From positions 1-33,298 of the IMG/VR virus record IMGVR_UViG_3300030372_004742: DNA of 33,298 nt; one strand, written 5' to 3'. This DNA is from a virus. Lineage: Duplodnaviria; Caudoviricetes. Below, piece after piece: positions 25,012 through 33,298 of the stretch. Under the pieces are notes generated by a model. The model was not told the DNA's origin. It worked only from the letters and a program-made list of their open reading frames with translations, and did not search any database. The position numbers were made by a program, and so were the translations under genes. The number at the start of each line of letters is the position of its first letter. The first letter of the stretch is position 1.

Positions 25012-26681
25012 GGTGGTGAAGCGTCCTTAACGTTGGCGGCGGTCATGTTGACGGCGGTCCCGTCGTCTCCCTCGGAGCCGTAATCAACAAGGGTTGGGAA
25101 GCTATTGTCTCCAGCCCCAAACCGATAGAGGTGTTGGGGAGGGGTGCCTATCGTGCGAGGGTCAGGCATGTTGCCTAAGCCATACAAGGCAGTGACATCA
25201 GACGCGCCAAGCTCGCTGGTCCACATGCTCACCTGGGAGATGTTTCCAGAGAAGTACTGCTCAAGCCGCGAGCCACCGTCATAGCGCAAAGTTCCGATGG
25301 TAAAGTCTTTTACGTTCAAGGAGCTGCTTCTTGATTTAGAGAAGCCAACATAGTTTCCGTCAACGTACAGCTTGACGGCCTGGGCCGTGCTGGCGTTGCC
25401 GCTAAACGTAATAACGATGTTGTGCCACTGGCCATCTGTGGGGTCGATGCCGTTGGTGTCAGTGGAGTTAACCCACACCTCTTTGACTGCGCCGTTAGGG
25501 CTAGTGTCTGCGTCTGTCTGGCCAAACAAGCCTGCGCTTACGCTGGCGCTGCCTATGGCCTTAAAGTACGCAGGGGTGCCACCAGAAGCGCCTTCAATTT
25601 GCAGGTAGTAATACTCGTGGTTGTCGTTGTTAGAGAAGGACCAAAGGGCCTGCCGAACAGCGCTGCTTGTCTTAAACCACACGGACACCGTCTGAGCATC
25701 CGTCTGCCAATCGAAGTTGCCGCCAGAGGCAGCTACCGCATCAGCCTGGATGTAGTCGTCTACGCCATCGAACTCGTAACTCATGCCCGCAGGATAGCCG
25801 TCGACGATAGCCGCAGGCAGCATGTTGTACGCCGTGCCGTCCTGAGGGCTGGAGCCGTAGTCCTTGAGCGTCGGGAACAGGGTGTCTCCGTTGCCGAACT
25901 TGTAGAAGTGAGCCGGGGCAGGGGTGAGCGCCGTCTCATCTACAGGCCGGTTGTTGTTGTATATGGCCGCGACCTGTGCAGCGGTGAGCTCACTCGTGTA
26001 GATGCTCGCCTGGTGGATGTCTCCTGGGAAGAACGAGTCCCTGAGCGTGCCGTTAGTCTGCACCCTGCACCCAAAGGCAAAATGAGTGAAATCCAGCGTA
26101 GCGGTAGATGACTGGGCGTACCCGGCCAGGACGCCATCAAGGTAAATCTTCACCCCCTGGGCGGTAGATGCCGTGGTGTTAACGGTGAGCGTTACGTTAT
26201 GCCACGCGCCGTCGCCAGGCGTAATGCCGTTGGTGGCTGTTGCGGGGATATCAATGCGCCCAGACCCACCAACCGGGGACCAAGCTGCCTCGGTAAGGCC
26301 TGTGGGCTGTAGCCCATAGAACCTAACGTTGCCAACGCCGCCAGACTCAAACGTGCTGATGCCCATGAAGCGATTTGTGCCGGGAACGCTGCCACACGCA
26401 GACCAAATGTATAGAGGGGTAGCGGTAGCGCCCGCGTCCTTAAACCACGTAGAGATAGACCAAGAGCTTGAGCCATCCCAGTCGACCGTGGGGGCTGCGC
26501 CATCAGCCGTCACGTAATCGTCTACACCATCGAAACTGTACGACTTACCGGTAGGGCCTGCGCCCCCGCCTCCACCAGCAGCGCCTGCGCCGTTGGTTAG
26601 GTTGGCGAGTGGGTGTCGATATGTGACTCCGCTAATTCTCACGAGACCCTCCGTGGTCCGTCGAGATGCAGCCACTCCCAC
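25008..26681 (-). CDS. Tandem LamG/concanavalin-like tail or receptor-binding protein
   Basis: Two repeats of SYxFDGVDDY...SxWFK...DGxWHN...KxYxDG...FxGxIxQxSxxTSEL. Confidence 0.88.
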   Translation of the reverse strand: MGVAASRRTTEGLVRISGVTYRHPLANLTNGAGAAGGGGGAGPTGKSYSFDGVDDYVTADGAAPTVDWDGSSSWSISTWFKDAGATATPLYIWSACGSVPGTNRFMGISTFESGGVGNVRFYGLQPTGLTEAAWSPVGGSGRIDIPATATNGITPGDGAWHNVTLTVNTTASTAQGVKIYLDGVLAGYAQSSTATLDFTHFAFGCRVQTNGTLRDSFFPGDIHQASIYTSELTAAQVAAIYNNNRPVDETALTPAPAHFYKFGNGDTLFPTLKDYGSSPQDGTAYNMLPAAIVDGYPAGMSYEFDGVDDYIQADAVAASGGNFDWQTDAQTVSVWFKTSSAVRQALWSFSNNDNHEYYYLQIEGASGGTPAYFKAIGSASVSAGLFGQTDADTSPNGAVKEVWVNSTDTNGIDPTDGQWHNIVITFSGNASTAQAVKLYVDGNYVGFSKSRSSSLNVKDFTIGTLRYDGGSRLEQYFSGNISQVSMWTSELGASDVTALYGLGNMPDPRTIGTPPQHLYRFGAGDNSFPTLVDYGSEGDDGTAVNMTAANVKDASPP

Positions 26682-27277
26682 AGGTCAGGATGGATGGGCA
26701 TGGGGCCGCCTGCGCGCGCCTTAATCCCTGACTCCACCCTGGCTCCCTCAATGGCCTTCTTGGTTTTCGCGCCGAGTATGCCATCAACCCCACCCACATC
26801 ATAACCATTGTCGGTCAAGGCCCGCTGAAGCATGACGATTCGTTGACGCTTTGGCACCTGGACATGGGGGCCATCACGGAACGTGCGCCACAGTGCGCCG
26901 GCCTCGAGGCCCTCCATCTCAGCGAGGTGTCCCATGGGGATGTACCACCTCTTGAGGCTCCCCTTCTGGAGCAACTGGAGCTCAAGGCCCAGGTCCTTGG
27001 GCGGTCGGTTCTCATAGAAGGTGTCGTCCGCTGCCTCGGTGTAGACCCACAGGTCAGCAGCCAGAGCCGGCTTGAAGTTGTGTAGGCTGAACTTGGTCTT
27101 GCCGTTAATCTTCGAGCGGCCTGCCTTGTGTGCTGCCTGCTGCTCAGCTTGTGAGCGGTGGCCCCAGATGAGACACAGGGCTGTGCCTGGGTTGGCTGCT
27201 CTGTGGGATACGGCCAGAGCGTTGACCCTGATGCGTAGCCATGGAGCCAGGTCCTCGAGTCGGGGTGGGGTTCTCAT
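26639..27277 (-). CDS. Endolysin: M15-family peptidase plus peptidoglycan-binding domain
   Basis: GHRSQAEQ, SLHN-x-ALAAD, DGPHVQ; C-terminal LQRALTDNGYDVGGVDGILGAKTKKAI. Confidence 0.88.
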   Translation of the reverse strand: MRTPPRLEDLAPWLRIRVNALAVSHRAANPGTALCLIWGHRSQAEQQAAHKAGRSKINGKTKFSLHNFKPALAADLWVYTEAADDTFYENRPPKDLGLELQLLQKGSLKRWYIPMGHLAEMEGLEAGALWRTFRDGPHVQVPKRQRIVMLQRALTDNGYDVGGVDGILGAKTKKAIEGARVESGIKARAGGPMPIHPDLWEWLHLDGPRRVS

Positions 27278-30200
27278 TTGGATTGTATCATCTTAATCGT
27301 TGACTCCGTGATGCCTTCGAGCAACTGGGTCATGTCATCGCCAATCTGCTGAACGACCTCTTCTTCTTTGATGTAGGTGAAGGGGCTGCCTCCTGGGATG
27401 GGCTCTCCCGTTTGAGGGTCTACGCGCGGAGTGTAGAAGGGGTCAATGTCCTCGCCCATCGTGTAGCTTCTTGAGCCAATCGCTCGGGTCAGTCTCTGCA
27501 ATGGGGTCGCGCTCTCATCAGACAAGGCCTGCTCTGCGAACATCGGCGTGAACTGGTAGGCGAGGTTTGTTGCCAGGTCAAACGTTCCCTCCTCGCCCCT
27601 AAACGCATTGGTGTCGTTGTACATATCTAGCATCATGGACGTGAGGCCAGGGCGAGACTTGGTCCTGGCGAAGTCCGCGATGCGGTTGCCTACAGACGAC
27701 TGAAAGTCAGCGCCGAACTCCTTGTACTCATTGTTAGCGTTGTAATAGCCGCCCATGAGCATGTCCCCGGCAAACCTAGCGGGCTGGATACGGCCACCCA
27801 TAAAGTCCAAGACCTCTCCGCTCTCTGGGTCATAGGCCTTGCCAAACAACGAGCCGGCCTCTGGGCTCAGGTCTACCTCCCACCCAGAAGCCCGAAGCAT
27901 GCCGCCCATGGCCATGCCTGACGCTATCTGCTGCTGCCACAGACGCTGTGCAAACTCGGTGCCTCGTGTTGCGCCGGTCGCCACACCATACGCCTGAGGG
28001 CCGCCGGTCATGAAGTCGAACCCAGCGGCGGTGAACCTTGTAGACCACAACCACTGTTTGGGGTTGGTGAGCCGCGACACTACGTTCTTTGCGTACTCTG
28101 CGCTGGTCTTTCCAGGGCCAAGGAACGGGATGCTTGGCGGTGAACCAAGACCAAAGAAGGACCCAGAGCCTGTGGCCACGTTGGCAGCGTAAGCAGCCGT
28201 CTGCATGTCCGCCATTGGAATCTTCTGGATAGGCATGCCCGTCTTGGCGGAGGTGCCCACGAACTCGTCCATCAAACGGATAGCCATGCCGTTGCAGTAG
28301 GCCGCGAACATGCGCTCGGCTGGGAGGACAAGCGCCTCATCCAGTGCCGCAAACACCTTGCCAAACACGGGGATGTCACGGGCAAACTCCAGCATCCTAG
28401 CTCCAAGAGCCAGCTCTTTCTCGCCCATAACAAACTTGGACGGGATGCCTGGGACCTCGCGAAGCCTGAGCCCAGCCTTGTTATATAGCGCCATCCTCTT
28501 GGGGTCATAAAGGCCAAAGAGGCGGTTGTTCAAAGGCAGGCCAACGCTCTTGGCCAAGCCGGCATATCGAGCTCCTGCCTTGCTCGTTCCGCTCACCATG
28601 GTCTCAATAGAGCTAAGTAGTGCGTGCTGTGGCCTGGACGCAGATATCAAGGCGCTCTGCGTAAACATCATAGACCAGTCGATAATACTGCCCGCAGAAC
28701 GGATGCCCGCAGGGGTCTCCATTAACAGCGACACTGCGCCATTAGCCAGCCTGTAGGGGATGGGGGCTTGTCTAAGCTGGGCCCTGTTGAGCCTTTTCCT
28801 AGCCGTATCGGCTTGGTCCAGTAACCGGGCCTCCTCTCGCCTGCCATAACTCGACAGCTTCTCAGCTTCTTTGGTTTGACGCCTAAGCTCTGCCGCCTCT
28901 TTGGCGAGCGCGGCCCTTTGGGGACCCTCAATTACGCGGTCAGGTCCCTTGATGGCCTCGTCGATTTCAACCAACCTGGCTCGAGAGGTCTCGGCCAGTT
29001 GGTCCGCCTGCTTGGTAGCGGTGCGAACCTTAGACAGCCCAGCCTCTGACTCCTCTAGGACGGTGGATGTCTTGTCAATGAGCTTGGCTTGTGGGCCGAC
29101 TGGCTTCTTGCCGGTGACAGCCACCCAATCCGCAGCCAGCTCTCCAGAAGAGGTCGCGGTCCTAAGGGCTACCTGCCGAAAGCGAAACGCGCGACCGGCC
29201 TCGCTACCAGCCACGTCTAGCGCCAGTCGGATGTTCAGGTCCCTGTCTTTTAGCGACTCGTACTGGCGACGCATGGTGTCAAACTGACCCTGCTGCTTGG
29301 GGCCAAGCTCTCCAAGGTCTGCCATCTCGTTAATCAGGACCGACAGCCTAGACATCTCTGCCTGAGTCTCCATGCCAGCCATCACCATGGCCGCAGTCTG
29401 GTCAGTGTCTAGGACCTGGGGAATCTTCTTCTCGACAATCATCTTGGCCATCTCGCCACCGACAGCCCCTCGGCTCTCAGGAAGCTGCGACGCCCTGTCG
29501 ATAATCTCAGCGTCGCTGACCTTTACGTCAAGGCCGCGCCTTTGGAGCTCGGCCACGACCTCTGGAGTTCTCTGGAACTCGTGCTTGGCCATGGACTCTG
29601 CGCCCTCTTGCACCACGCGAGCGCCCCTAGCAGATGCCACGCCCTGGGCGTATAGCTCGTCAGTTACGGGCACGTCGGGGCTCGCGTCCATGGACTTGTA
29701 GATGGCCTTCTCGCCCGATGAAGAGACTCCAGAGGAACTTTTGGAACCAAGCATCTTGCTCTTGGTCTTCTCTACAGCGCCGGCAACCTTCTCGACGCCG
29801 CCCGCCACCTTTATCCTCGCTGCGCCAACCCCCTGAGATGCCAGCAGAAGGCCCTTAGAGGTCAGGCCAAGGGCCTTAGGGGTGACTTGCATAAGAATGA
29901 GCGAGTCCATCACTGGGTTGTTTCGCCAGTGGTTGACCGGGTCTATAGCAAAAGCCGCCACGTCTGCGGCAGCCATGGCAGGAAGCTCATACCCCAGCTT
30001 TGCCGCCTCCTCGTTGGCCTTCTGAGCAATCTCGTCGAAGTCCAGCTCGCGCTCAGACTCAGCCTCATACCCAGCGATGAGTTCAGGAGCCTTCATCACC
30101 AGAGATGCAATGCCCTCAATCTCGCGCATGGCAGCGCCCTTAACGTCGCCCTCTGCTGCGGCTTTTGCGTTGGCCTGTCGCAAATCATCAACTACTTTGA

Positions 30201-30777
30201 GGTCAAGTTTGGCGCTCGGGGGAAGCGCACCAAGTGCGCCGCCAAGGGCCAACTCCCCACCTACAACAGCGACGCCCTCGGCAAGCCCAGTGATTCGCTC
30301 GTATGCGCGCTTATAGCGGGCCTTCTCCTGCTGCTCGGCAGCCAAAGCGAAGCCTCTTGCGCCGGGAACCTCTGGTTGCTCGCGCCCCTTCCTCCACTGC
30401 GCTGGCTCAGCGGCTTCTTCCTGCGGGATAACCACCGCTGTAGGAGGGATGCCACGCACTCCGGGGGCTGGCTCCATCTTCTCCTCACCGCGCTGAAGAG
30501 GCGGCTGTGGCACGCCCTCTCTGGCCAGCGCCTGCACGCGCTTGGTCGTGCCAGGGGACAGAAACGGAGCGACGCCAATCGCCTCTGGTGGCGTGGGCTT
30601 AGGGGCGGCAGGGGCTTGCTCCTCAGGCGCAGGGGCTGCCGCTGGCGCTGGCTGCGCTTCCTTGGGAGGACCAAGCACCCTTGCGATGTCAGCCGCAGTA
30701 AAGCTAACGGGCACCATTGCAGAGCGGCTCCCGTCTGCGGAGAACACCATCTTTAGCTGTGGCTCACCCTCTGCCAT
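27274..30777 (-). CDS. Large internal virion / DNA ejection protein
   Basis: About 1167 aa from ATG 30777 (TAATG overlap); Ala/Gly-rich and helical; last and largest of three size-graded ORFs. Confidence 0.6.
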   Translation of the reverse strand: MAEGEPQLKMVFSADGSRSAMVPVSFTAADIARVLGPPKEAQPAPAAAPAPEEQAPAAPKPTPPEAIGVAPFLSPGTTKRVQALAREGVPQPPLQRGEEKMEPAPGVRGIPPTAVVIPQEEAAEPAQWRKGREQPEVPGARGFALAAEQQEKARYKRAYERITGLAEGVAVVGGELALGGALGALPPSAKLDLKVVDDLRQANAKAAAEGDVKGAAMREIEGIASLVMKAPELIAGYEAESERELDFDEIAQKANEEAAKLGYELPAMAAADVAAFAIDPVNHWRNNPVMDSLILMQVTPKALGLTSKGLLLASQGVGAARIKVAGGVEKVAGAVEKTKSKMLGSKSSSGVSSSGEKAIYKSMDASPDVPVTDELYAQGVASARGARVVQEGAESMAKHEFQRTPEVVAELQRRGLDVKVSDAEIIDRASQLPESRGAVGGEMAKMIVEKKIPQVLDTDQTAAMVMAGMETQAEMSRLSVLINEMADLGELGPKQQGQFDTMRRQYESLKDRDLNIRLALDVAGSEAGRAFRFRQVALRTATSSGELAADWVAVTGKKPVGPQAKLIDKTSTVLEESEAGLSKVRTATKQADQLAETSRARLVEIDEAIKGPDRVIEGPQRAALAKEAAELRRQTKEAEKLSSYGRREEARLLDQADTARKRLNRAQLRQAPIPYRLANGAVSLLMETPAGIRSAGSIIDWSMMFTQSALISASRPQHALLSSIETMVSGTSKAGARYAGLAKSVGLPLNNRLFGLYDPKRMALYNKAGLRLREVPGIPSKFVMGEKELALGARMLEFARDIPVFGKVFAALDEALVLPAERMFAAYCNGMAIRLMDEFVGTSAKTGMPIQKIPMADMQTAAYAANVATGSGSFFGLGSPPSIPFLGPGKTSAEYAKNVVSRLTNPKQWLWSTRFTAAGFDFMTGGPQAYGVATGATRGTEFAQRLWQQQIASGMAMGGMLRASGWEVDLSPEAGSLFGKAYDPESGEVLDFMGGRIQPARFAGDMLMGGYYNANNEYKEFGADFQSSVGNRIADFARTKSRPGLTSMMLDMYNDTNAFRGEEGTFDLATNLAYQFTPMFAEQALSDESATPLQRLTRAIGSRSYTMGEDIDPFYTPRVDPQTGEPIPGGSPFTYIKEEEVVQQIGDDMTQLLEGITESTIKMIQSK

Positions 30778-32624
30778 TACGGAGCCATCCAGTACCACTG
30801 GCCAGTTGCTGAGTCTTTCTTAGCAACATAGTCGTCTGGAATGTTGGCAGGGCGGGAAGGTGGCCCATCTGCCGCAGGCGGTGCGCCTTCTGCGCTGCCT
30901 GCGGAAGCGTTGACGGCCTCTCTGGCCTCAGCCCTAGACTCATCGGCCCTCTTCCTAGCCTCTTCGGCCTCTCTGGTTGCCTGCTCTCTGGCCAGCCTTG
31001 CGGCCTCCCTGGCTCTTCTTCCCCTTGCCTTGGCCTCTGCCTCAGCGGCCTTTTGTGCGGCCTTTTGTGCGGCAGCGGCTGCTCGGGCGTCTTCGCGAGC
31101 AAAGCCCTCAAGCTGACTTATGTTCATAAACATCATCCGGTCGCTCATGGCTCGACCGTTCTTGAGGCGAATGGCGTTGGAGATTGCGTTCCTGGCTAAG
31201 CGTGCGCTCTTTGTGCCTAGCTTCCTGAGCTCAGGCCATGCCTGAATCCCCTCGATGGTCTGGGTCTCAAGGCTCTTGTACTTGGGGTCGAAGCCCCCTT
31301 TGCCAGAAAGGAACGCAGACAGGTTTCTCAGGATGGCCGCCTCATCACGCCTGATTCCCCTTCCGCTTGAGGCCTTGGCTATCTTGTTAAGGGAGTCCTC
31401 CAGCTTCTGGGCATCGGCGTTTCGCTTGCGCTCAAGCGCAGCCTGCGCCTTCTTGTAGGCCTCTGCCCTCTTAGCCTGAATGGCGAGCCTCTTTGCTTGC
31501 TCCGCGAGCTTAAGCTCAGCAAGGCGCTTGGCCTCAGCCGCCTTCTTCCTGGCGAGTTCATCAGCAAACAGGAGCGCCTGCGTTGACCTGCCAGCGGCCC
31601 CCGTAATGGCGTTTCTGATTGCGCCAGGGCCTGACGGGTGGACATCTGTAGCCCCTCTGGACAGACGCAGCAGCATCATCTTCTCTGCTGGGTCGTCCGT
31701 GCTCATCATGGCCCATCGGAACTCTGCCTCCGTCCTGGGCATAAACCCAGCGGGAAGGGTGCGACCGCCTGCGGCGCGAGCAGCGACAGCCGCCATGGCC
31801 TGAGGAGTCGACGCGGCACCGAAAGCCTTGTCCGTCGGAGCCGGGGCACTGATGATGGCCTCTTCTTGCTCGGAGACCTCTACGCCAGCAGGCGTGGCTA
31901 CCACCTGCTCCTGGGCTTCAATCTCTTCATCGACCTCGCCAAGGGCAAGCTGCCTAGCCTCTTGCTGGTCAAGCCTTCGCTGCTGCGTGGCTTGCAGGGC
32001 GCCCTGCGCCGCGCGGATTGCGTCACGCGCAGTGGCCCCTCCTCGGATTGCGTTGGCCACATCGGCCATGCCCTGAAGGACTAGCTGCTGCTCCCCGGCA
32101 TCAATCTGCTTCTCAACGTTCTCTCCCGCGCGCTTCCTTGCGTACAGCCCCTCAAGGAATGTGGCGGCGCTTACAATGTCGCGCGGGTCGGTCGCCGTAG
32201 GAACAAGGCCAGCCACCTCTTGAGGCAAAAGGCCTGCGCTTGGTCCGCTGAACCTAGCAAGCTCAGAGATTTCGGTGATTGGGGCTGGGGGCGGGCCGCC
32301 CATTGGTGCGGCCAGGGGCATCTCCTCGTCTTCGTAGACAATCTCTCGCGCTAGCGCGCGGCCCTCCCGCATTGACGCCTCGTCAGCAGCGCGCTGTGCT
32401 GCCATCTGACGAATAGCGTCTTCCCTTTCCGCAGCTTGCAGTTCGCTCCTGATGCGGCTGATACCAGGGACGATTACGTCCGTGACGAATGGCTGCTCAA
32501 TGGCCTTGCTCAGGCTCTCCATTGGAGTGGGAGCTCGCTGGGAGTAGGTGCGTCGAATGACATCCAGCCCCGGCTCAATCGGGGCGGCTCCAAACGGATT
32601 CTGGTCGAAGTATGCGCGTGCCAT
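30777..32624 (-). CDS. Internal virion / ejection protein
   Basis: 615 aa with Ala/Glu/Arg coiled coils. Confidence 0.55.
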   Translation of the reverse strand: MARAYFDQNPFGAAPIEPGLDVIRRTYSQRAPTPMESLSKAIEQPFVTDVIVPGISRIRSELQAAEREDAIRQMAAQRAADEASMREGRALAREIVYEDEEMPLAAPMGGPPPAPITEISELARFSGPSAGLLPQEVAGLVPTATDPRDIVSAATFLEGLYARKRAGENVEKQIDAGEQQLVLQGMADVANAIRGGATARDAIRAAQGALQATQQRRLDQQEARQLALGEVDEEIEAQEQVVATPAGVEVSEQEEAIISAPAPTDKAFGAASTPQAMAAVAARAAGGRTLPAGFMPRTEAEFRWAMMSTDDPAEKMMLLRLSRGATDVHPSGPGAIRNAITGAAGRSTQALLFADELARKKAAEAKRLAELKLAEQAKRLAIQAKRAEAYKKAQAALERKRNADAQKLEDSLNKIAKASSGRGIRRDEAAILRNLSAFLSGKGGFDPKYKSLETQTIEGIQAWPELRKLGTKSARLARNAISNAIRLKNGRAMSDRMMFMNISQLEGFAREDARAAAAAQKAAQKAAEAEAKARGRRAREAARLAREQATREAEEARKRADESRAEAREAVNASAGSAEGAPPAADGPPSRPANIPDDYVAKKDSATGQWYWMAP

Positions 32625-32632
32625 TGTCTCGC

Positions 32633-33193
32633 CTATACGATGCCAAGAAGGCTGCCGATGTCCTCAACGTAGCCTGGGATGGTTCCAGCTTGGGCCATTC
32701 GGCCCTGCGCCTCAGCAATCTGGCGTGCCTCCCGCAGGAGTACAGGATCACCACCAGCCATGCTGCTAATGGTCTGGAACATCTGCTCTTTGGTCTGGCC
32801 GGCAGCGGCAGCGGTTGCTGCGGCGGCCATCATTCGCTGGCGCAGCGTCTCCTGCTTGCGCTTAGGGTCAATAGCCTCAGCCCGCATCATGCCCTCTGCC
32901 TCGCCCGTGACCGCCGCGATGTTGCCAAGCTGACCAAGGCGTCGGGTGCCAGCAAGGCCCGCCGGCCCCATAATGGCAGCCATGCGCGGGTCGAAGCTCT
33001 GCATCCCGGCCTCTGCTCGCTCTTGCATGCCCAGGGCCCCAAGCCGGCGATACAGGCCCTGAAGCCGCTGCGCTCGCTCGACGCCCTCTTCGTAGCTCCT
33101 AGCCCGCTCCCTTTCTTCCTCCGTAACTCCGGGGACTTGAGAGCCAATTCTCGGAATAACGTTAGCCAGTATGGCCCCCATGCCGCCAATCAT
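32633..33193 (-). CDS. Small internal virion / ejection protein
   Basis: 186 aa, AGGAGG SD, Ala/Gly/Met/Gln-rich with a hydrophobic N-terminus. Confidence 0.55.
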   Translation of the reverse strand: MIGGMGAILANVIPRIGSQVPGVTEEERERARSYEEGVERAQRLQGLYRRLGALGMQERAEAGMQSFDPRMAAIMGPAGLAGTRRLGQLGNIAAVTGEAEGMMRAEAIDPKRKQETLRQRMMAAAATAAAAGQTKEQMFQTISSMAGGDPVLLREARQIAEAQGRMAQAGTIPGYVEDIGSLLGIV

Positions 33194-33202
33194 AGCCGCC
33201 TC

Positions 33203-33298
33203 CTACTTCAGGTGCTTCTTGCCAATAATGTACACCCAACAGCCGCCATACCCTAGAGCGATGTCGCCCCAGCCGTAGTCGGTGGTGTTGTACGTGAG
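33203..33298 (-). CDS. 3' end of a truncated upstream gene, probably structural
   Basis: Open frame LTYNTTDYGWGDIALGYGGCWVYIIGKKHLK* whose stop overlaps the next SD. Confidence 0.55.
   Translation of the reverse strand, partial: LTYNTTDYGWGDIALGYGGCWVYIIGKKHLK

Noticed and set aside
31045-31073. 12 bp tandem repeat gcggccttttgt
   Set aside because: Simply encodes AQKA repeats in a coiled coil.
1-33298. Window as a complete circular genome
   Set aside because: Joining the ends does not put the two truncated genes in frame and no terminal overlap is visible, so some tail-region sequence is probably missing.
1-33298. Stop-codon reassignment, tRNA genes, introns or inteins
   Set aside because: Genes are full length in the standard code and end in all three stops. 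No cloverleaf was noticed. TerL and DnaB are of normal size.

Overview
A GC-rich, roughly 33 kb segment of an uncultured tailed dsDNA phage with podovirus-like morphogenesis genes and probably a Gram-negative host. It may be most of the genome, but both ends cut through genes. Left arm (- strand): XRE HTH regulator, PAPS-reductase-like enzyme, DnaB helicase, RuvC-like resolvase, holin-like protein and lytic transglycosylase, H1-like basic protein, TerS, TerL, scaffold, major capsid, portal, adaptor and nozzle. Centre: a ~500 bp divergent non-coding control region, then a + strand early cluster of small ORFs, GP88, a Sak4-like ATPase and a DUF669 SSB. Right arm (- strand): ejection-type virion proteins, M15 endolysin, a double-LamG receptor-binding protein and a second lysis cassette. 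The most striking signal is non-coding. The early cluster is punctuated by structured RNA elements placed right after stop codons. These include a complete pseudoknotted type II hammerhead ribozyme (16552-16612) and two copies of a ~95 nt covarying stem-loop element that I cannot assign to a known family (17800-17895, 18114-18212). Each is followed by a CA-rich linker leading to the next start codon. A TGAC-N5-GTCA palindrome recurs at the predicted promoters, and GATC and CTGCAG appear strongly avoided. All calls come from motif recognition by eye; no searches were run.
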